Below are positions 61,135-64,000 of a stretch of 64,000 bases of DNA, piece by piece. Numbering within the stretch: position 1 is the stretch's first letter; the number at the start of each line of letters is the position of its first letter. The position numbers and the translations under genes were made by a program. The stretch comes from Alphaproteobacteria bacterium (lineage in GTDB: Bacteria > Pseudomonadota > Alphaproteobacteria > JAAXGF01), in contig CBDCME010000073.1 of assembly GCA_965218865.1 (NCBI GenBank), positions 289,158-353,157 of the forward strand. Direction: 5' to 3'. The notes under the pieces are model-generated. The model ran no database searches and was not told the origin of the DNA. It was given only the letters and a program-made list of their open reading frames with translations.

Positions 61135-61391
61135 CCGCGCCCGGAGATTTTCACGATGCAGGCCCCGATCAATTTTTGGGTCTCGCGGATTCCCTCGTAC
61201 AGCTTCCTCGTCTCTCCGATAAACGCGGACGAGACGCGGCTCGCGCCCAAGGCGTCCAGCACCGCCAGGAGGAGATTACCGAGCCGGGCCTGATCGGCGT
61301 TGACCTTCATCAAATCGCGCCGCGCCGACGCCTCGATCCGGCTCGCAGGGATTCCGCGGCCCACCACGAGGCGGCGGACGTATTCCGACAC
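61131..61391 (-). CDS. mobC: MobC-like relaxosome accessory protein
   Basis: 86 aa. Motif DLMKVNADQARLGNLLLAVLDAL resembles the MobC family. Stop/start overlap with the relaxase gene. Confidence 0.55.
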   Translation of the reverse strand: MSEYVRRLVVGRGIPASRIEASARRDLMKVNADQARLGNLLLAVLDALGASRVSSAFIGETRKLYEGIRETQKLIGACIVKISGRG

Positions 61392-61654
61392 GGGACAATC
61401 CCAAACGGGAGGCGGCGGCGCAAATCCCGGCCTTTTCCTCCGCGCTTACGTAAGCCTTCAAGAAAATCTGCTGGCGGCGCTTCTTCCTCGCCACCGCTAT
61501 CCGCTTTCCGGCTTGGCCCGGCTCGCCGGCTGGATGATTGAACCCGCCGGGCGCGGCCTCGTCCCCGGCGTCCACGGTTGCCGCTTCACCGCCGTCCATT
61601 CCATGTCTCATCTTTCCCTGCCTCCACCCCTTTTTCCTCTGCCGTGATCCCTAT

Positions 61655-61712
61655 GACGGCTTGCGACCGCAAGCCGTCACACCCTTGATTTTACCCCGTT
61701 TCCGGTATCCGG
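61655..61712. promoter_or_regulatory. candidate oriT (12-bp inverted repeat TGACGGCTTGCG..CGCAAGCCGTCA followed by nic-like GGTATCCGGCG)
   Basis: Strong inverted repeat about 270 bp upstream of mobC. The nearby TATCCGG is one mismatch from the MOBP nic core ATCCTG. Confidence 0.3.
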
Positions 61713-61850
61713 CGCCAGTTCCGGCACATGATCCGGACGGTGCGCCGGGAAGAGGGTGGAGTCGGGCCGGGAGGGTCCGATCACGGGAGGGTCGGAGAGG
61801 ACGTTCGTCCGCCCTTCCGGTGCCGAAACCCCTTCCTGGAGAATTGGACC

Positions 61851-62102
61851 ATGGCCCGCACCAACATCACGTCCGAGCACAAGCGCGCCTTCGAGGCGTT
61901 GACGAGCCGGGAACCCCATAACTTCGCCCTCTTCAGTTGCCGAGTCGATAACGAACCCGCCGCGGCGATCGTTGCCGTGACCGTCGATCCCCGCGCGCGA
62001 AAGGGCGGGGAACCCGAGTACCGGATCCGGCCGATGTTCGTCTCGGTCACCCCCGGAATGCGCCTGACCGATCATGACGGCCGGGAGGCTTGTGAGCGAT
62101 GA
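61851..62102 (+). CDS. hypothetical small protein (leading-region-like position)
   Basis: 84 aa starting MARTNITSEHKRAFEAL. In frame with the downstream PAPS-reductase-like gene, but separated from it by a TGA. Confidence 0.35.
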   Translation: MARTNITSEHKRAFEALTSREPHNFALFSCRVDNEPAAAIVAVTVDPRARKGGEPEYRIRPMFVSVTPGMRLTDHDGREACER

Positions 62103-62183
62103 AACGCGATTTCCCATTCCCGCGATTCCTCCATCATCCCGCCCCCGGAGTGCATCGAAGCATTCGCGCGGGGCGCCCTTTTC

Positions 62184-62958
62184 GTGGTCAATCACTCAGG
62201 CGGCAAGGATTCCCAGACGATGACGATCGCCCTCCGACGCCTCGTCCCGCCCGATCAATTGCTGATTGTCCACGCCCCGCTCGGCGACGTCGAGTGGCCG
62301 GGAACGGTCGAGCACATCGAGAACACCATTCCACCCGGCGTGCCCCTCGTCCTCGCCCCAACCGCTTCCGCCAAGACGCTGCTGGAACGCATCGAGGAAC
62401 GCGGACGATTCCCTGATAGCGCGCGCCGCTGGTGTACCTCGGATTTCAAACGCACACCCATCGAACGAGAGATCCGGCGCTATCTCAAGGGCCATCCGCG
62501 CTATTCCGGCCGCATCGTCAACTGCCTCGGCCTGCGGGCCGAGGAAAGCCCAACCCGGGCGCGCCGTCCCGCCTGGAGTTTCAACGCCCGCAACAGCAAG
62601 GCCGGGCGCGAGTGGCACGACTGGCTGCCGATCTTTCGCATGACCCGCGGCGAGGTGTTCAAAACCATCCGCCAAGCCGGGCAAAACCCCCCATTGGGCC
62701 TACGCGGCCGGCATGACGCGGCTGTCGTGCAGCTTTTGCATCCTGGCCTCTCGTTCCGATCTCGCTACGGCCGCCCGACTCAGGCCGGCGCTCTACCGGC
62801 GCTACGCCGCACTGGAACGCCGTATCGGCCACACCCTGTCGCCGGCGCGAAACCCCCTTCCTGAAATCACGGGGATTTCCACGCCGGATCCATTCCCCAG
62901 CCTGCCTCAAATCCGCCTTCCGGCCCCGGAGAGGGAGAGTCCGGTCTTCGAGGGGTGA
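62184..62958 (+). pseudogene. phosphoadenosine-phosphosulfate reductase family protein (PP-loop SGGKDS), frameshift in a C6 run near 62685
   Basis: N-terminal frame to ...IRQAGQNPP. The C-terminal frame (62713..62958) holds the conserved Cys motif HWAYAAGMTRLSCSFCIL. The two frames join if one C is removed from AAAACCCCCCATTGG. Confidence 0.6.
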
Positions 62959-63022
62959 GGGGCCGGCGTTGGAGCGAGAGGTTCCGCCCGGGCCGATAAC
63001 CCGCGAACGAGGAGCATGAGCG

Positions 63023-63377
63023 ATGAAACTTCTGACCGACGAGCAGCGCCAACGGATGATCGACAACGGCCGCGTCAACGCCGCCCACATCGCCCGCGAC
63101 GGCAACACCCAGGACTTCACCCCGGTAGTTAAGCTGTTCTGCCCCTGGGGGACGGGCACCTGGCTGTTGTCGGAACTGAATTCCGAAGACCGCGATGTTG
63201 GATTCGGACTCTGCGATTTGGGCCATCCGGAGCTTGGCAACGTAAGCCTATCCGAAACTGGCGGCGGTGCGCGGCCCGGGCGGCCTCGGCATCGAGCGCG
63301 ACCTTCATTTCAAGGCCAGGGCGACGCTTTCCGAATACGCCGCCGAGGCGCGCGAGAGCGGCTTCATCCGCGCCTGA
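63023..63377 (+). pseudogene. DUF2958 family protein, frameshift at GAAACTGG (63253-63260)
   Basis: MKLLTDEQRQRMIDNGR ... VVKLFCPWGTGTWLLSELNSEDRDVGFGLCDLGHPELGNVSLSE in frame 2. It continues as LAAVRGPGGLGIERDLHFKARATLSEYAAEARESGFIRA* in frame 0. Confidence 0.55.
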
Positions 63378-63443
63378 CCGCGCGAACCCCCATTCCACAC
63401 CGGGGCCGCCCAGACGGAGGTCCCGCAACCTTGGAGACCTGCG

Positions 63444-64000
63444 ATGTCCGAATCCGAGATTCGTTCCATTCCCCTGAGCCAATTGGAACTCTCCCCCGCC
63501 AACGTGCGCACGGCCCCGGCGGGCAAGGCGGCCGACGCCGAGCTGAAGGCCTCGATCGCCGCCCACGGGCTTCTGGAGAACCTGGTCGCCCGCTGTTTCG
63601 GCCCGGGTCCGGACGGTGTTGGCCGCTACGCCGTGATCGCCGGTGGCAGGCGCCTGGCCGCCTTGCGGGACCTCGCCCGCGACGGCGCGATCGGCGAGGA
63701 CTTCCCCGTGCCCTGCCGCATCACCGGCAACGCCGCCGAGGAGAAGGAGCTGTCCCTGGCCGAGAACACCGTGCGGGTGGCCATGCATCCGGCCGACCAG
63801 GTCCGAGCCTTCGCCGCCCTGGCCGACGCCGGTTCCGGAACCGCCGACATCGCCACGAGATTCGGCGTCTCCGAGCGCACCGTCGCGCAGCGCCTGCGCC
63901 TCGGCAACGCCGCGCCGGAGATTCTCGACGCCTACCGGGACGGCGGCATCGGCATGGACGTGCTGACGGCGTTTGCCCTGACCGCCGACAGGGAGCGCCA
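63444..64000 (+). CDS. ParB/Srx-like nuclease domain protein (partial, continues beyond window)
   Basis: MSESEIRSIPLSQLELSPANVRT ... YAVIAGGRRLAALRDL ... LAENTVRVAMHPADQVRAF are typical ParB N-terminal domain motifs. No stop codon before the window end. Confidence 0.65.
   Translation, partial: MSESEIRSIPLSQLELSPANVRTAPAGKAADAELKASIAAHGLLENLVARCFGPGPDGVGRYAVIAGGRRLAALRDLARDGAIGEDFPVPCRITGNAAEEKELSLAENTVRVAMHPADQVRAFAALADAGSGTADIATRFGVSERTVAQRLRLGNAAPEILDAYRDGGIGMDVLTAFALTADRER

Noticed and set aside
62099-62416. 105-aa ORF MKRDFPFPRFLHH... overlapping the start of the PAPS-reductase-like gene
   Set aside because: It is an alternative frame of a gene with a clear PP-loop motif. Its composition is R/P-rich and it has no motifs.
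63023-64000. Single about 326-aa open frame running from the DUF2958 start through the ParB-like gene to the window edge
   Set aside because: It is an open-ended GC-rich frame. The DUF2958 C-terminus (frame 0, stop at 63375-63377) and the ParB-like gene (frame 0, ATG 63444) are the biologically coherent readings.

Overview
High-GC (~65%) alphaproteobacterial (Rhodospirillales-like) chromosomal segment. A conserved housekeeping backbone is heavily invaded by mobile DNA. The backbone includes an ELM1-like gene, greA, a zeta-type ATPase inhibitor, purB, a Tas-like aldo-keto reductase, hflKC, apbC/mrp, an MCP, the block yebC-ruvCAB-ybgC-tolQRAB-pal-cpoB-tilS-ftsH-folP-glmM, a MaoC-like dehydratase and amtB. 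Mobile content, in order along the window: (1) a tandem pair of near-identical IS4-like elements whose 760-aa transposase carries an N-terminal DUF4338 (DruA-like) domain; (2) an IS630 element, with an A8G slippery site, splitting a PAS sensor kinase; (3) two inverted ISAs1-like elements, again with a DUF4338-fused transposase and one copy frameshifted, bracketing about 4.4 kb that holds a MITE-flanked low-GC PCD/DCoH-domain gene, a DUF2165-like membrane protein, a 5'-truncated SGNH hydrolase and an IS5/IS1182-like element; (4) from about 46.9 kb to the window end, a decaying integrated mobilizable element: a RepC-like initiator; a large serine recombinase split by a tandem pair of IS66-family elements carrying tnpC plus a translationally coupled standalone DUF4338 gene; an AT-rich iteron-like region; a mobC gene and an RP4-TraI-like relaxase whose C-terminal part is shattered over several frames; a candidate oriT; and a leading-region-like set (PAPS-reductase-like, DUF2958, ParB-like) in which two genes carry homopolymer frameshifts. 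The most unusual signal is that one domain (DUF4338/DruA-like) recurs with three unrelated transposase families (IS4, ISAs1, IS66) inside 64 kb. Frameshifts are confined to mobile-element genes while housekeeping genes are intact, which argues for genuine decay rather than random sequencing error.
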